Assembly: GCA_900542005.1 (NCBI GenBank)
Contig: UQLW01000004.1
Location: 44,361-108,360, forward strand
Direction: 5' to 3'
DNA: 64,000 bases
Source: an uncultured Eubacteriales bacterium
GTDB lineage: Bacteria > Bacillota > Clostridia > Christensenellales > UMGS416
Below the pieces are notes generated by a model. That model worked only from the letters and a program-made list of their open reading frames with translations, was not told the origin of the DNA and searched no databases. The translations under genes were made by a program, and so were the position numbers. Position 1 is the stretch's first letter, and every line of letters starts with the position of its first letter. Positions 16,619 to 26,293 of the stretch are shown piece by piece.

Positions 16619-17119
16619 GGCCACAATTGGCCCGGATCCCACAGGCAAAAAAGCTGCTTTCCAGGTTTGGAAAGCAGCTTTTGTCTGTGAAAGGGTACCG
16701 GCTTTACGCCTCTTCCGGCGCCTCCCCCTCTGCGGGAGCTTTAGCCTCCGCCCGGCCCCGGCAGCTTCGGGATAATAGCGTTCCAGCACCTGGGCTACCT
16801 CCCAGTCCCCTGGGGTCTCCATCATCCGGCAATAAACCTCGGCGCACTCCGAGCCCCGCTCCAGGCAGGGGCACACATCCAGCACCTTTACAAGCCGCCA
16901 GCGGATGGTCTGCCCGTAGGCATTGCGGCCGGTAATCTGCTTGCGAAGGCCCATTTCTTCCGCCCCCTGCCAGGCCTGGGCAAAGCTCTGCGCCCGGAAC
17001 ATGACGACGGATTCCTCATACATACGCTTATCGGGGGCAGCCTGCCCGTCCTGCACCCGGCATTCCATCAGAAGCTTGGCCGCGTACCAATCCCGCTCCC
17101 GGCCGCCTGTCATATCCAT
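16454..17119 (-). CDS. DUF4288-like protein with an anomalous 3' extension
   Basis: The N-terminal ~105 aa (...WYAAKLLMECRV...YEESVVMFRA...RWRLVKVLDV...) look like a compact domain. The frame then runs through the terminator hairpin and 165 nt into the convergent URO-D gene before reaching its stop. Confidence 0.55.
   Translation of the reverse strand: MDMTGGRERDWYAAKLLMECRVQDGQAAPDKRMYEESVVMFRAQSFAQAWQGAEEMGLRKQITGRNAYGQTIRWRLVKVLDVCPCLERGSECAEVYCRMMETPGDWEVAQVLERYYPEAAGAGRRLKLPQRGRRRKRRKAGTLSQTKAAFQTWKAAFLPVGSGPIVALCLIAPIGMGGLVHGQHIFRGGVVLDGVGGREMVAAAGHHDLQGAPAYVGHLLG
16647..16684. terminator. bidirectional hairpin terminator
   Basis: AAAAGCTGCTTTCC-aggt-TTGGAAAGCAGCTTTT. Confidence 0.75.
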
Positions 17120-17916
17120 TGCCGCAAGAGCTGCGCGTAGCCGTGCAGCGCCTCCCTGGCCGGTTCAATATCCGGATGCCAGCGCAGCTCATGCTCCAGG
17201 GAAAGCCAGCCGTTATAGCCCGACAGCCACAGCCGGTTCACCGTCTCCTTCAGCGGCAGGTCGCCGCGTCCGGGCACTGTCAGCCGGTGCGTGGTCCAGG
17301 GGCCGATCGAGTCCTTCAGGTGCACATGGAACAACCAGGGCCGGATTGCGTCCAAAGTATAGGCGATCGGCTCGCCGGCATATTTATAGGGATGATGCAC
17401 GTCCCACAGCACGCCGACGGCCGGGTGGTTCGCCCGCTGCATGATGCCTCTGGCATGCCTTCCGCTGGCAAATTCTCCATGGGTCTCCAGCAGCACCTTC
17501 ACCCCCTGGGGGCCTGCGATGTCGCCCAGCTGGCACAGGCCCTGGGCTACCCGGTCATAGGCCGCCTCATGATTCTCGCCCGGCAGGAACCGGTCGCCGA
17601 AGACCCGGATATAGGGCGCGCCCGTATCATGCGCCAGGCGGATGTTGCCCTCCGCCTCCTTCTGGTAGGCCGGCCACCGGTCCGGCTCATGAAAATTCAC
17701 CGAGGTATCCATACAGCAAAAGGCCAGCCCCCGGCGGGTCATATCCGCCAGGGTTGCCCCCAGCCGGCCCGGCTGAAGGGGCGCCAGCCGGGTGTTGTCC
17801 ATCTCCTGCTGAATCCCCCGAAGCTCGATGCCCTCGTATCCTTCTTCCTCTGCCAGGTCCAGCACCTTTTCAAAGCTCAGCTCCGGGCAGGATAACGTCG
17901 TAAAGGAAAGCTTCAT
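17110..17916 (-). CDS. sugar phosphate isomerase/epimerase (xylose isomerase-like TIM barrel)
   Basis: ...GYEGIELRG...APYIRVFG...VKVLLETHGEF...WDVHHP...FHVHLKDS...WLSLEHE... Its 3' end overlaps the start of the downstream gene by 10 nt. Confidence 0.85.
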   Translation of the reverse strand: MKLSFTTLSCPELSFEKVLDLAEEEGYEGIELRGIQQEMDNTRLAPLQPGRLGATLADMTRRGLAFCCMDTSVNFHEPDRWPAYQKEAEGNIRLAHDTGAPYIRVFGDRFLPGENHEAAYDRVAQGLCQLGDIAGPQGVKVLLETHGEFASGRHARGIMQRANHPAVGVLWDVHHPYKYAGEPIAYTLDAIRPWLFHVHLKDSIGPWTTHRLTVPGRGDLPLKETVNRLWLSGYNGWLSLEHELRWHPDIEPAREALHGYAQLLRQWI

Positions 17917-18076
17917 CCAATCACCTCTTGGTTATCATTCGCTGCCGCAGGGGAAATTCCTGCCTGGCCCGGCCGGTTTCTCGCCGGCGTGTCGGTTGCA
18001 TCGCGGGGCGATATTGCGTATAATAAGTTTTCAAGGTGATTGCCAGGCGGACACCAGCCTGATAAAGGAGCGTTCC

Positions 18077-19189
18077 ATGCGTTATCGTCAATCCAAGATG
18101 CTTCGCCGTATCTTGTTTTTCGCTTTGCTTATCCTCATCACGGCCGCGCTTTGCGTAGGCGGGTACCTTCTCTTTTTCGCCGACCGCTCAGCCGCCGCCA
18201 CCGAAATGATTACCCTGGCCGGCGAGAATATCACGAAGGTTGAGGCGGTCGACGACCACCTGCTGATGGTGGATGGCGCCCAGCTCAACTATATCGACAG
18301 CACCGGCGCCATCAAGTGGTCGGCCCAGCTGCCCGAGGAAAACATGACGCCCGTCGGTTCCAGCATGCTCAACGCCGCCTACAGCGCCAACCGCGTCATG
18401 ATCTTTGACAAGGACGGACGGCCGGTGCTCGACCAAAGCACCGACTATACCATCGTGGACATGGCCTGCGGCAGCGAAACCTACGCCCTGACCACCTGGG
18501 AGGAGAACCAACGGCTGGTCCGGGTCATGAAGCTGGACGCCACCGAGGTGGAGCAGCTGCGGTTTCCCTATGAAACGGTGATGGATACAGGCTTTTACAC
18601 CAGCAACCTGACCCAGCTTTGGACCCTTTCGCTGGATTCCCACTTCACCATCCCCGTGGCCCATCTCAAGACCTTTAACCCCGGGCAATCGACAACCGGG
18701 AACGTCTCGATGAGCAATGAAGTCGCCTATAAGGTGCTGGCCCTGGAGAGCGAGTTTATCACCGTTGGCACCCACAATCTGCAGCGGTGGGACAGCTCTG
18801 GCAAAAGCCTGTATTCCAAGCTGGTCTATGGCTGGACGCTCATCGACATGAACGTGGATGACAAGGGCCGGGCGCAGTTCCTCTTCACGCCCTCCAACAC
18901 CTCCGACGATGAATCGCCGCTGTCCTCGCTGTGGTATATCCGGATGGATTCCTCCAATACTACCACGGAATACCGGCTTTCCCTGCCGGCCGGCACGCTG
19001 TGGGCCTGCCTCGGGCCCGACAAAATTTTAGCCTTTACCGCAGAAGCGGTGCATACGACAACCTATGCCGGGGAGAAATACCGCAGCATGCCCCTGGAAG
19101 CGCCGGTCGAATCGGTGGAGGCGGTGCTCTCGGGCAAAATGGTGGTGCTCAAGACCGTCAGCGGCTGGAAGCTCTACCCCATTTCCTGA
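18077..19189 (+). CDS. membrane-anchored hypothetical protein (extracytoplasmic, beta-rich)
   Basis: ATG 18077 follows AAAGGAG. An N-terminal TM helix (LRRILFFALLILITAALCVGGYLLFF) is followed by a ~330-aa soluble domain. ORF-track ORF 17828-19189 extends further 5'. Confidence 0.7.
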   Translation: MRYRQSKMLRRILFFALLILITAALCVGGYLLFFADRSAAATEMITLAGENITKVEAVDDHLLMVDGAQLNYIDSTGAIKWSAQLPEENMTPVGSSMLNAAYSANRVMIFDKDGRPVLDQSTDYTIVDMACGSETYALTTWEENQRLVRVMKLDATEVEQLRFPYETVMDTGFYTSNLTQLWTLSLDSHFTIPVAHLKTFNPGQSTTGNVSMSNEVAYKVLALESEFITVGTHNLQRWDSSGKSLYSKLVYGWTLIDMNVDDKGRAQFLFTPSNTSDDESPLSSLWYIRMDSSNTTTEYRLSLPAGTLWACLGPDKILAFTAEAVHTTTYAGEKYRSMPLEAPVESVEAVLSGKMVVLKTVSGWKLYPIS

Positions 19190-19239
19190 CGCCGCTCTAA
19201 CGCCGGCCTTAGGCCGCCCAGTAAAAAGGAGGCTCGTTT

Positions 19240-19950
19240 TTGAATATTATTGATTTGGTAGTCGTCATCTTCCTGGGGCTCGGGCTTGTAATCGGTTGGT
19301 ACCATGGCTCGGTCCGGGCCGCGGCCAACGTGGGAGCGGTGCTCCTGGCCACGGTGATCGGCTTATCCTTTCATGGGGTCATGGCCCGCAGCGTGCTGGC
19401 CCAGCAAAAGATTGTTCCCCAGCTTATCTATTATTCCGAAAGCGATGAGTTCCTCAAGGACGTGGAAACCGTGCGCATCCAGGTGGATACCCTCACCCCC
19501 GAGCGCCTGGATACGCTCTTGGAGGATGTAAGCCTGCCCTATCCCGTGGAGTCCCGCCTGCGGACAAACCTGGAAAGCAAGGCCTTCGCCGCGGAGGGGC
19601 TGACTATGCTGGGTGAATATCTGTCCATGACCATCGCCCATATGACCGTGAACATCGTCTGCTTTATCATTTTGTTCGTCCTGTCGCTGATCGTGCTTTT
19701 CCTGGTGGTGCGGGCGCTGGATGTGACGCTGATCTTCCCGGTGCTGCGCTACGGCGATGGCCTGGTGGGCGCCGCCGCCGGCCTGGTGGCGTCCGCGCTG
19801 CTGCTCTTCGCGCTGGAGATGCTGGTGCCTGTGGGCCTCTCCTTCGTCCCCTTTGAGGAATTGCGTACCATCGTGGAGAACGCCTCCACCAGCTCGCTCT
19901 TCTATCATTCCAACTTCCTTCTCGCGCTGATGAAGGGCGTCATCGCCTAA
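19240..19950 (+). CDS. cvpA: CvpA family membrane protein
   Basis: TTG start at 19240 with an AAAGGAGG RBS. Starts MNIIDLVVVIFLGLGLVIGWYHG... and has four TM segments. Confidence 0.8.
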   Translation: MNIIDLVVVIFLGLGLVIGWYHGSVRAAANVGAVLLATVIGLSFHGVMARSVLAQQKIVPQLIYYSESDEFLKDVETVRIQVDTLTPERLDTLLEDVSLPYPVESRLRTNLESKAFAAEGLTMLGEYLSMTIAHMTVNIVCFIILFVLSLIVLFLVVRALDVTLIFPVLRYGDGLVGAAAGLVASALLLFALEMLVPVGLSFVPFEELRTIVENASTSSLFYHSNFLLALMKGVIA

Positions 19951-19964
19951 GGAACAAAAGCCAA

Positions 19965-19995
19965 AAGGGCTGCCGGTTTACGGCAGCCCTTTCTT
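19965..19995. terminator. bidirectional hairpin terminator
   Basis: AAGGGCTGCCG-gttta-CGGCAGCCCTT, lying between convergent cvpA and the sulfatase gene. Confidence 0.75.
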
Positions 19996-20035
19996 GTGGC
20001 GCTCGCAGGCTTTATCCGCCGGCGTCCGGGTCCCG

Positions 20036-21463
20036 CTACAGGCCCCGGCTGTTTTCTTCCGTGGGCACGATATCGCTGGTTGTCAGATACCAATCCAGCA
20101 TCCGGCTCTCCATCGCCCGGATCTGCGCCTGCAGCTTCGGGTCGTTGTAGCGGTTCACCAGCTCATCCGGATCCTCGCGCAGGTCATAGAATTCATTGGG
20201 GGCCAGGGAGCGCCGCACCAGCTTATAGCGCGCGGTACGCATCATGACGCTGCGGCATACGCTCTCGGGATGCTCCTGCTGCTGGATGCATTTGGGATAA
20301 TAGATGAAGGAGGGCTCCAGCAGGTGCCGGGTAGAGGGGCGCAGCGTGCCCTCGCTGCAGTGCGGCTCCCGGGGATCGTAGCCGCCCTCGCAAAATACGG
20401 CGCGCTCCGGATCGCCGGGCGCACCCATCACCTGGGGCATCAGGCTGCGGGCATAATAGGTATAGGGAGCGGTGAGCCCCGCATGGTCCAGGCAGGTGGC
20501 CATGATGTCAAACATTTCCACCGGCTCCCGTACGCGATGGCCGGCGGCCCCGCCGGGCGCGCGGATGATAAGCGGCACATGGGTCAGCACATCCTCCATG
20601 CCGCTGGGCCATTTCTCCACCAGGCCGTAATCCCCGGCATAGTCCCCGTGATCCGAGGAGGCGATCAGCACCGTCTCCTGCCGCTGGCCAGCCTCGTCCA
20701 GCGCATCCATCACCCGGCCCAGCAGCCTGTCGGTAAAGGAAACCATCCCCATATAAAGGGCCTGGATCTTGCGTAACGCGGCAGGATCGTCCAACTGCCG
20801 GTAACGCCGGATCAGCTCCATATACGCCGCCTTCCCCTGGCCAGGGGGTATCAGCGGCGCAACGTCTTGCTCGCCGTACATGCTGTAAAAGGGCTCGGGG
20901 GCCGTATAGGGGCAGTGGGGGAAGGTCAGCGGCAGAAAGAGCACATAGGGCGGATCGCCCGCCTTCCATGACCGGATAAAATCGATGCCCGCTTCCACAT
21001 TGGCCCAGTCGCCGGTATCCTCCGCTGATCCCGCCATGGGCCGGTAAAGGAAATCATAATAGCCCGGCTGCCCATAATCTGCGGTATTTTCCGGCTGGGC
21101 CCTGGCCGCAGCGGGACGGTTTTCAAACACATCGGTGCTGGCGGCCGCTGCTTCGGCTGAGAACAGGTCGTTCTTTCCATAAACCCGCACCTGGTAGCCC
21201 GCCTGCTTGAAGGTCTCCAGCAGGTTGTGCTCATGGGGCTTCAGCAGGTTCCACAGCGTACGATGCCCCAGGGTATGGACATAGGTGCCGGTAAAAAGGC
21301 AGCAGCGCGAGGGCGAACAGACCGGGTTCTGCACATGGCAGTCCTCAAAGGTTACGCCCTCCCTGGATAAACGGTCAAAGGCTGGCGTCCGGACCGTGGG
21401 GTGTCCATAGCAGGACAGCGTTTTAGCCCGGAGCTCATCGGGAAAAAACAACACATAGTTCAT
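20036..21463 (-). CDS. Cys-type sulfatase (arylsulfatase family)
   Basis: ...NPVCSPSRCCLFTG... (C-x-P-x-R formylglycine motif), ...SSDHGD..., 475 aa. No signal peptide is visible. Confidence 0.9.
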   Translation of the reverse strand: MNYVLFFPDELRAKTLSCYGHPTVRTPAFDRLSREGVTFEDCHVQNPVCSPSRCCLFTGTYVHTLGHRTLWNLLKPHEHNLLETFKQAGYQVRVYGKNDLFSAEAAAASTDVFENRPAAARAQPENTADYGQPGYYDFLYRPMAGSAEDTGDWANVEAGIDFIRSWKAGDPPYVLFLPLTFPHCPYTAPEPFYSMYGEQDVAPLIPPGQGKAAYMELIRRYRQLDDPAALRKIQALYMGMVSFTDRLLGRVMDALDEAGQRQETVLIASSDHGDYAGDYGLVEKWPSGMEDVLTHVPLIIRAPGGAAGHRVREPVEMFDIMATCLDHAGLTAPYTYYARSLMPQVMGAPGDPERAVFCEGGYDPREPHCSEGTLRPSTRHLLEPSFIYYPKCIQQQEHPESVCRSVMMRTARYKLVRRSLAPNEFYDLREDPDELVNRYNDPKLQAQIRAMESRMLDWYLTTSDIVPTEENSRGL

Positions 21464-21587
21464 CCGGTTCTCCTCCGTTTAGGGGCTGCCGCGCCCCGGT
21501 TGTCCCCTTTATAAGAAGCCGGGCCGCCGATAGCCTATAGCTTTTCGGCGGCCCGGGGTCGGATCCTGCATCGCGCGGCCGGGCTCT

Positions 21588-22472
21588 CTACAATACCTCC
21601 CGGCGGTCGCTGGCCCGGCTGCGTATCTGCCGCCGGAACTGGCTGGGGGTTACGCCGGTGAATTCCTTGAACACCCGGCCAAAATACGTCAGGCTTTCAT
21701 AGCCTACGCGGCTGCATATCTGGGTCAGGCTAAGGTCGCTGTTTTCAATAAGCTCCTTAGCCGCCTGGATCCGCACCCGGTTCAGATAGCTGATGGGCGG
21801 CACGCCCATGTAGCGCTTAAAGCTGCGGCTCAGCGCGCAGGGATTGGTCATGAAAATCTTCGCCATGCCGCCCAGGGTGACCGGATCGGCATAATGCTCC
21901 TCGATAAAGGCGGCCACCTGCTCAATATCGTTTTTCCGTTTATGGCCGCCCTGGCTCATGTGGGTAATCTCACAGCCCAGGTTGCGCAGCAGAAAGATCA
22001 TCATCAGCGTCAGCCGCGCCCGCATGGCGCAGGCCGCGCCGGGCTGCGCTGTGGTCAGCTCCTGCTGCAGCTCATAGAGCAGCGAATCCAGCATGAACTG
22101 CTGGTTCGAGGGCAGGCGCAGTATCCGCTCCTTGCCGTTGAGCAGCTGGGGCATCTCCGGGATATCCGCCCCATCCAAAAGCCGCTCCAGAAAATCCGCC
22201 TCCACATTGACGACCACATGGTTCTGGGGCATATCCTCCACCGCCCAGCTCTGGTGGCCCAGGCCTGGCGGCACCAGCAGCAGGTCCCCGGGGCGAAGCA
22301 TATATTCCTTGCTCTCCACGGCCATGGCGCGGTATCCGTTGAACAGGTAGTAGATCTCGTAGCCTTCATGGTAATGGTGCAGGGAAGGGGCCGCTTCATC
22401 CTCCTCATTGGATCGGTAAAACATCATAACAGGCGCTTGGAAGCTGCGCAGTTCGCAGGACGGCTGTGGCAA
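21588..22472 (-). CDS. AraC family transcriptional regulator (cupin + HTH)
   Basis: ...HHYHEGYEIYYLFNG... (cupin) and ...LGGMAKIFMTNPCALSRSFKRYMGVPPISY...QICSRVGYESLTYFGRVFKEFTGVTPSQF... Confidence 0.9.
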   Translation of the reverse strand: MPQPSCELRSFQAPVMMFYRSNEEDEAAPSLHHYHEGYEIYYLFNGYRAMAVESKEYMLRPGDLLLVPPGLGHQSWAVEDMPQNHVVVNVEADFLERLLDGADIPEMPQLLNGKERILRLPSNQQFMLDSLLYELQQELTTAQPGAACAMRARLTLMMIFLLRNLGCEITHMSQGGHKRKNDIEQVAAFIEEHYADPVTLGGMAKIFMTNPCALSRSFKRYMGVPPISYLNRVRIQAAKELIENSDLSLTQICSRVGYESLTYFGRVFKEFTGVTPSQFRRQIRSRASDRREVL

Positions 22473-22607
22473 AATTGATCCCTCCCCTCCCGTCTGATTC
22501 AGATTATATTTACATCAGACGGTTCTTATAGGGGCGCGCCGGCAGGGAAAATCTCTACGATGTTCATGCTGCAGCCCAGCGCATCCCGTACATCATTGAC
22601 TATTTTA

Positions 22608-22636
22608 ATTATATTCTAAGGGGAAAGTTCGGTCAA
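22608..22636 (-). promoter_or_regulatory. sigma-70-type promoter for the AraC-sulfatase unit
   Basis: Minus-strand TTGACC (22636-22631), 17 nt spacer, TATAAT (22613-22608). Confidence 0.55.
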
Positions 22637-22695
22637 TCTTCCTAACATGGCTTGTGCAAAAGTAAGCCATTATACACAACAAACAACCATTATGG

Positions 22696-22724
22696 ACAAC
22701 AAAAGGCGGAGCTTGTCCCGCCTT
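22696..22724 (-). terminator. rho-independent terminator
   Basis: The minus strand reads AAGGCGG-gacaagct-CCGCCTT followed by TTTGTTGT. It lies just after the stop of the 22730-23230 gene. Confidence 0.65.
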
Positions 22725-22729
22725 CACTC

Positions 22730-23230
22730 TCACAATATTGACTTTTTTGACATTTCCACCTGCCGCCTCCGGAACCGGATCAGCGCGGGAACCGGCAGCG
22801 ACGCCATCACCAGCGCGGCAAGGGCCGAGCCGCAGAAGATGCAGGGGACGGCGATAAAGAAGGCCGACTCATACATACGGACCGCCGTATAGGCCAGCGC
22901 CCCCCACAGCAGGGCCGCCGCTGCCGGCGGCAGCAGCACAGCACACTGGCCCAGCAGCCGGACCAGTCCGCCGCGCCTTCGCCAGAGATAAAAAGCGAAG
23001 TACCAGGAAAGCCGGAAGGCCGCCAGCAGGCACAGCAGGGCCAACTGGGAGGCCCCCGGGGCGATCTGCTGGTTTATCAGCGTCTCCTGGCTGCTCCGGA
23101 ATAGATAAAGGGCGCCTATATCGCAGCCCAGGGACATCAATACCGTAGCCAGCGCCAGCAGCGCCTCCAGCGTTTCAAAGACAAAATACCGTGCCACTTG
23201 GGTGGCGTCGGTGCGGTTGGCCATGCTCAT
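22730..23230 (-). CDS. hypothetical polytopic membrane protein
   Basis: 166 aa with 4-5 hydrophobic segments. I recognised no family. Confidence 0.6.
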   Translation of the reverse strand: MSMANRTDATQVARYFVFETLEALLALATVLMSLGCDIGALYLFRSSQETLINQQIAPGASQLALLCLLAAFRLSWYFAFYLWRRRGGLVRLLGQCAVLLPPAAAALLWGALAYTAVRMYESAFFIAVPCIFCGSALAALVMASLPVPALIRFRRRQVEMSKKSIL

Positions 23231-23479
23231 ACTCCTTTCCCGGCGCTGCGCCGGGCCCTTTTATGATGCTATTATACCACGGCCGCCCAAGGGCGCCGGG
23301 CCGGATCATTCGTATATATTTAACAGCATGCGCGCCCGTCTTTTCCGGCGCTCCGGCGGTTTGGGTGCTCTGCTTCCATAGGCCGCGTAAAAAAAGGATA
23401 TACCGATTTTGCCGGGCCATGCTATAATGGAGTCGGGTTATCCGCAAAAGCGATTTTCCCCGAAGAGGAGGAACCGACC

Positions 23480-25219
23480 ATGCTGAAATTTGCAGCAAAT
23501 GGCGCCAGCGATTACATCGTGCTTGTCGATGAGGCGACCGCTTCTCCCAGCGAGATCTATGCGGCCAGCGAATTCGTCAGCTTTGCCGGCCAGGTAACCG
23601 GCGCGACCCTGCCGCTGATGACCACCTGCACCCAGCGCCCCCGGTACGGCGCGTATCTGAACCCGAAGTTCGTAGTCATCGGCAAGAATGGCTTTACCGC
23701 CGAGCTGGGCCTTGATGAGGAGATCGACGCGGTAGGCGACGAGGGCTTTATCCTGCGCAGCGTGGGCGACACCCTTGTGATCGCCGGCGGCCGCCAGCGG
23801 GGCACGCTCTACGGCGTATACACCTTCCTTGAGGATTACCTGGGCTGCCGCTGGTATACGCCCCAGGTCAGCAGCATCCCCCGGCGCAGCGACGTCGCCC
23901 TGCCGGAGCTGAACGTAACCAAAACCCCGGCCTTCCGCATCCGCGAGGCCTTTAACATGGAGAATTTTGATGGGGACTGGGCCGCACGGAACAAGGCCAA
24001 TGCCTCCAACCACCGGCTGATGGCCCATCATGGCGGCGCAATCCGCTATCTGGGCGTGCATTCCTTCAACCGCCTGGTGCCGCCCGATGAATATTTCGAC
24101 GAGCATCCGGAGTATTTCTCCGAGATCAACGGCGTCCGGGTCAAGGAGCGCTCCCAGCTCTGCCTGACCAACCCCGAAGTTTTCGAGGTGGCCCTGCAGA
24201 ATCTGCGCAAATCCATCCTGGAGCATCCGGAGTGCTCCATCTTCTCCGTCAGCCAGAATGACTGGGGCAATTACTGCACCTGCGAAAAGTGCCGCGCCAT
24301 CGACGAGGAGGAGGATTCCCATATGGGGACGGTGCTGCGCTTTGTCAATAAGATTGACGATGCCATCCGCAAGGAGTTCCCGCATATTTCCATTGATACG
24401 CTGGCCTATCAGTATACCCGCCGGCTGCCTAAGATCACCAAGCCCAATCCTGGCGTGCTGATCCGCCTGTGCACCATCGAATGCTGCTTTGCCCACCCGC
24501 TGGACGAGTGCCATGTGGACAAGACCGATATGCCCAGCAACTTCTCTCAGGATATCGCCGCCTGGAGCCAGGTCAGCCGCGACCTGTTTATCTGGGACTA
24601 CACCACCGATTTTGCCAACTACCTGATGCCCTTCGCCAATCTTCATGTGCTCAAGCGCAACCTGAAGTTCTTTAAGGACCATGGGGCGATCGGCGTGTTT
24701 GAGGAAGGATGCCCCAATACCTTCCTGAGCTATGCCGGCGAGCTGCGCAACTATGTGCTGGCCAAGCTCATGTACGATATGGATCTGGATGAGAATCTGC
24801 TGATGGACGAATTCTTCTGCGGCGTATACGGCCCCGCCGCCGCGCCGGTGAAGGCCTTCTACCAGCTATGGCAGGACGCCTGTGCCGCCAGCGGCGAGCA
24901 CCTCTTCGAGGACGATCCGCCCACCCGCAGCTACTTTACCCGGGAAAATCTCGATAAAGCCCGCGCGCTCATCAACCAGGCCATCGTCATGGCGCCCGAC
25001 GAGGCGACGCGCCTGCGCGTGGAAAAGATCGGCCTAAGCTGCGACTTCATGGACATGGTGCAGATGGATAAGGGCCCCGCCAAGGACGCTGCGGTGGACG
25101 CGCTGATTGCCAAGTGCAAGGCCATGGGCATGCACCGGATTACGGAATGGCATACCTTTGAGCAGAGCGAGCAGATCTTCAAGGGGCAGGATGCCCAGCT
25201 CCCCAAGCCCGTCGCATAG
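23480..25219 (+). CDS. DUF4838 domain-containing protein (glycoside-hydrolase-like), paralogue 2
   Basis: Motifs CLTNPEV..., ...FSVSQNDWGNYCTCEKC..., ...DTLAYQYTRR..., ...CTIECCFAH..., collinear with the protein at 3892-5655. GAGGAGGA RBS. An extended -10 (TGcTATAAT) lies at 23420-23428. Confidence 0.85.
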   Translation: MLKFAANGASDYIVLVDEATASPSEIYAASEFVSFAGQVTGATLPLMTTCTQRPRYGAYLNPKFVVIGKNGFTAELGLDEEIDAVGDEGFILRSVGDTLVIAGGRQRGTLYGVYTFLEDYLGCRWYTPQVSSIPRRSDVALPELNVTKTPAFRIREAFNMENFDGDWAARNKANASNHRLMAHHGGAIRYLGVHSFNRLVPPDEYFDEHPEYFSEINGVRVKERSQLCLTNPEVFEVALQNLRKSILEHPECSIFSVSQNDWGNYCTCEKCRAIDEEEDSHMGTVLRFVNKIDDAIRKEFPHISIDTLAYQYTRRLPKITKPNPGVLIRLCTIECCFAHPLDECHVDKTDMPSNFSQDIAAWSQVSRDLFIWDYTTDFANYLMPFANLHVLKRNLKFFKDHGAIGVFEEGCPNTFLSYAGELRNYVLAKLMYDMDLDENLLMDEFFCGVYGPAAAPVKAFYQLWQDACAASGEHLFEDDPPTRSYFTRENLDKARALINQAIVMAPDEATRLRVEKIGLSCDFMDMVQMDKGPAKDAAVDALIAKCKAMGMHRITEWHTFEQSEQIFKGQDAQLPKPVA

Positions 25220-25311
25220 GCGCGAGGAATCCATACGGTAACAAAAAAGCACCTTTAGCCGCCCGGTCCGGTCCGAGCGGCTAAAGGAATGACATAGGGA
25301 GGAAGACCTAT

Positions 25312-26292
25312 ATGAAATATTATCTCGGCGTAGACGGCGGCGGCACCAAGATCAACCTGATCCTCTTTGACGAGAACTACAACCTTGTCAGCGAGGGGAC
25401 CGGCGGCGCCGTAACCACCAGCTACATTGACGTTTCCGTAGCCCGTGAAAACATGATGACCGCCATCCGGCAGCTCATGAAGCCCTTCAATGGCCAGCGC
25501 ATCACCGTCGAGCGCGGCATGGGTGTGCTTATTGGCCCGCTGGACGTATTCAAGGAATGCCTGGCCACGGCGATGGACCTGAAGGAATACGAGCCCGGCG
25601 ACGAAGGCTATATGTACCTGCTGGCCGGCGCCCTCACCGATAAGGGCGGCGTCGCCCTGGCGGGGACCGGCGACGGCGCGGTTTATATCAATGGCAAAAA
25701 CCATATCTACCACTGCGGCGGCTATGGCTCCTACATGGGCGAGGATGGCAGCGGCTGGTGGATTGGCAACCGCGGCATGTTTGCCGCCATCCAGCAGATC
25801 GACGGCTGGGGTCCGGATACCGCGCTGCTGCCGCTGCTTTATGAATACCTTGAGGTGGACGACCGCAGCAAGCTTATCGGCGCCGTATACAGCAACAAGG
25901 ACGGAATTCCCCATCACTCCGTTGTGGCTGGATTCGCCCGCTATGTAGGCCGCGCCGCCCATGCCGGCGACCCGGCCGCCATGTCCATTGTGCGCGAGGC
26001 CGGCGAGCTGATGGCAAAAAAGATGATCGGCTGCTACAGCATCAACCATGCCGACCCCAAGGATTTCCCCATGGTGGCCTGCGGCGGCGCCTGGAAGGTG
26101 CATCCTGAAATGCTGCGGGTATGCAATGATTATCTAGCCGAGCATATGCCCGGCGCCGAGGTGCGTTACGGCATCTTCGACCCCATCGTCGCCAGCGTCA
26201 TCGAGCAGATTTTGGCCGACGGAAAGGATCCCCGCGCCTATGAGGGCTTCCTCCGCGATCAATATAAGCATTATGTAGTAAAGGTGGGATAA
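25312..26292 (+). CDS. BadF/BadG/BcrA/BcrD-type ATPase (N-acetylglucosamine kinase-like)
   Basis: MKYYLGVDGGGTKINLILFD... (phosphate-1 motif) and ...LAGTGDGAV... Confidence 0.85.
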   Translation: MKYYLGVDGGGTKINLILFDENYNLVSEGTGGAVTTSYIDVSVARENMMTAIRQLMKPFNGQRITVERGMGVLIGPLDVFKECLATAMDLKEYEPGDEGYMYLLAGALTDKGGVALAGTGDGAVYINGKNHIYHCGGYGSYMGEDGSGWWIGNRGMFAAIQQIDGWGPDTALLPLLYEYLEVDDRSKLIGAVYSNKDGIPHHSVVAGFARYVGRAAHAGDPAAMSIVREAGELMAKKMIGCYSINHADPKDFPMVACGGAWKVHPEMLRVCNDYLAEHMPGAEVRYGIFDPIVASVIEQILADGKDPRAYEGFLRDQYKHYVVKVG

Positions 26293-26293
26293 C

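Noticed and set aside
23438-24682. 414-aa minus-strand ORF antisense to DUF4838 paralogue 2
   Set aside because: This is the same antisense artefact as at 3988-5625. That it appears for both paralogues simply reflects their shared codon bias.
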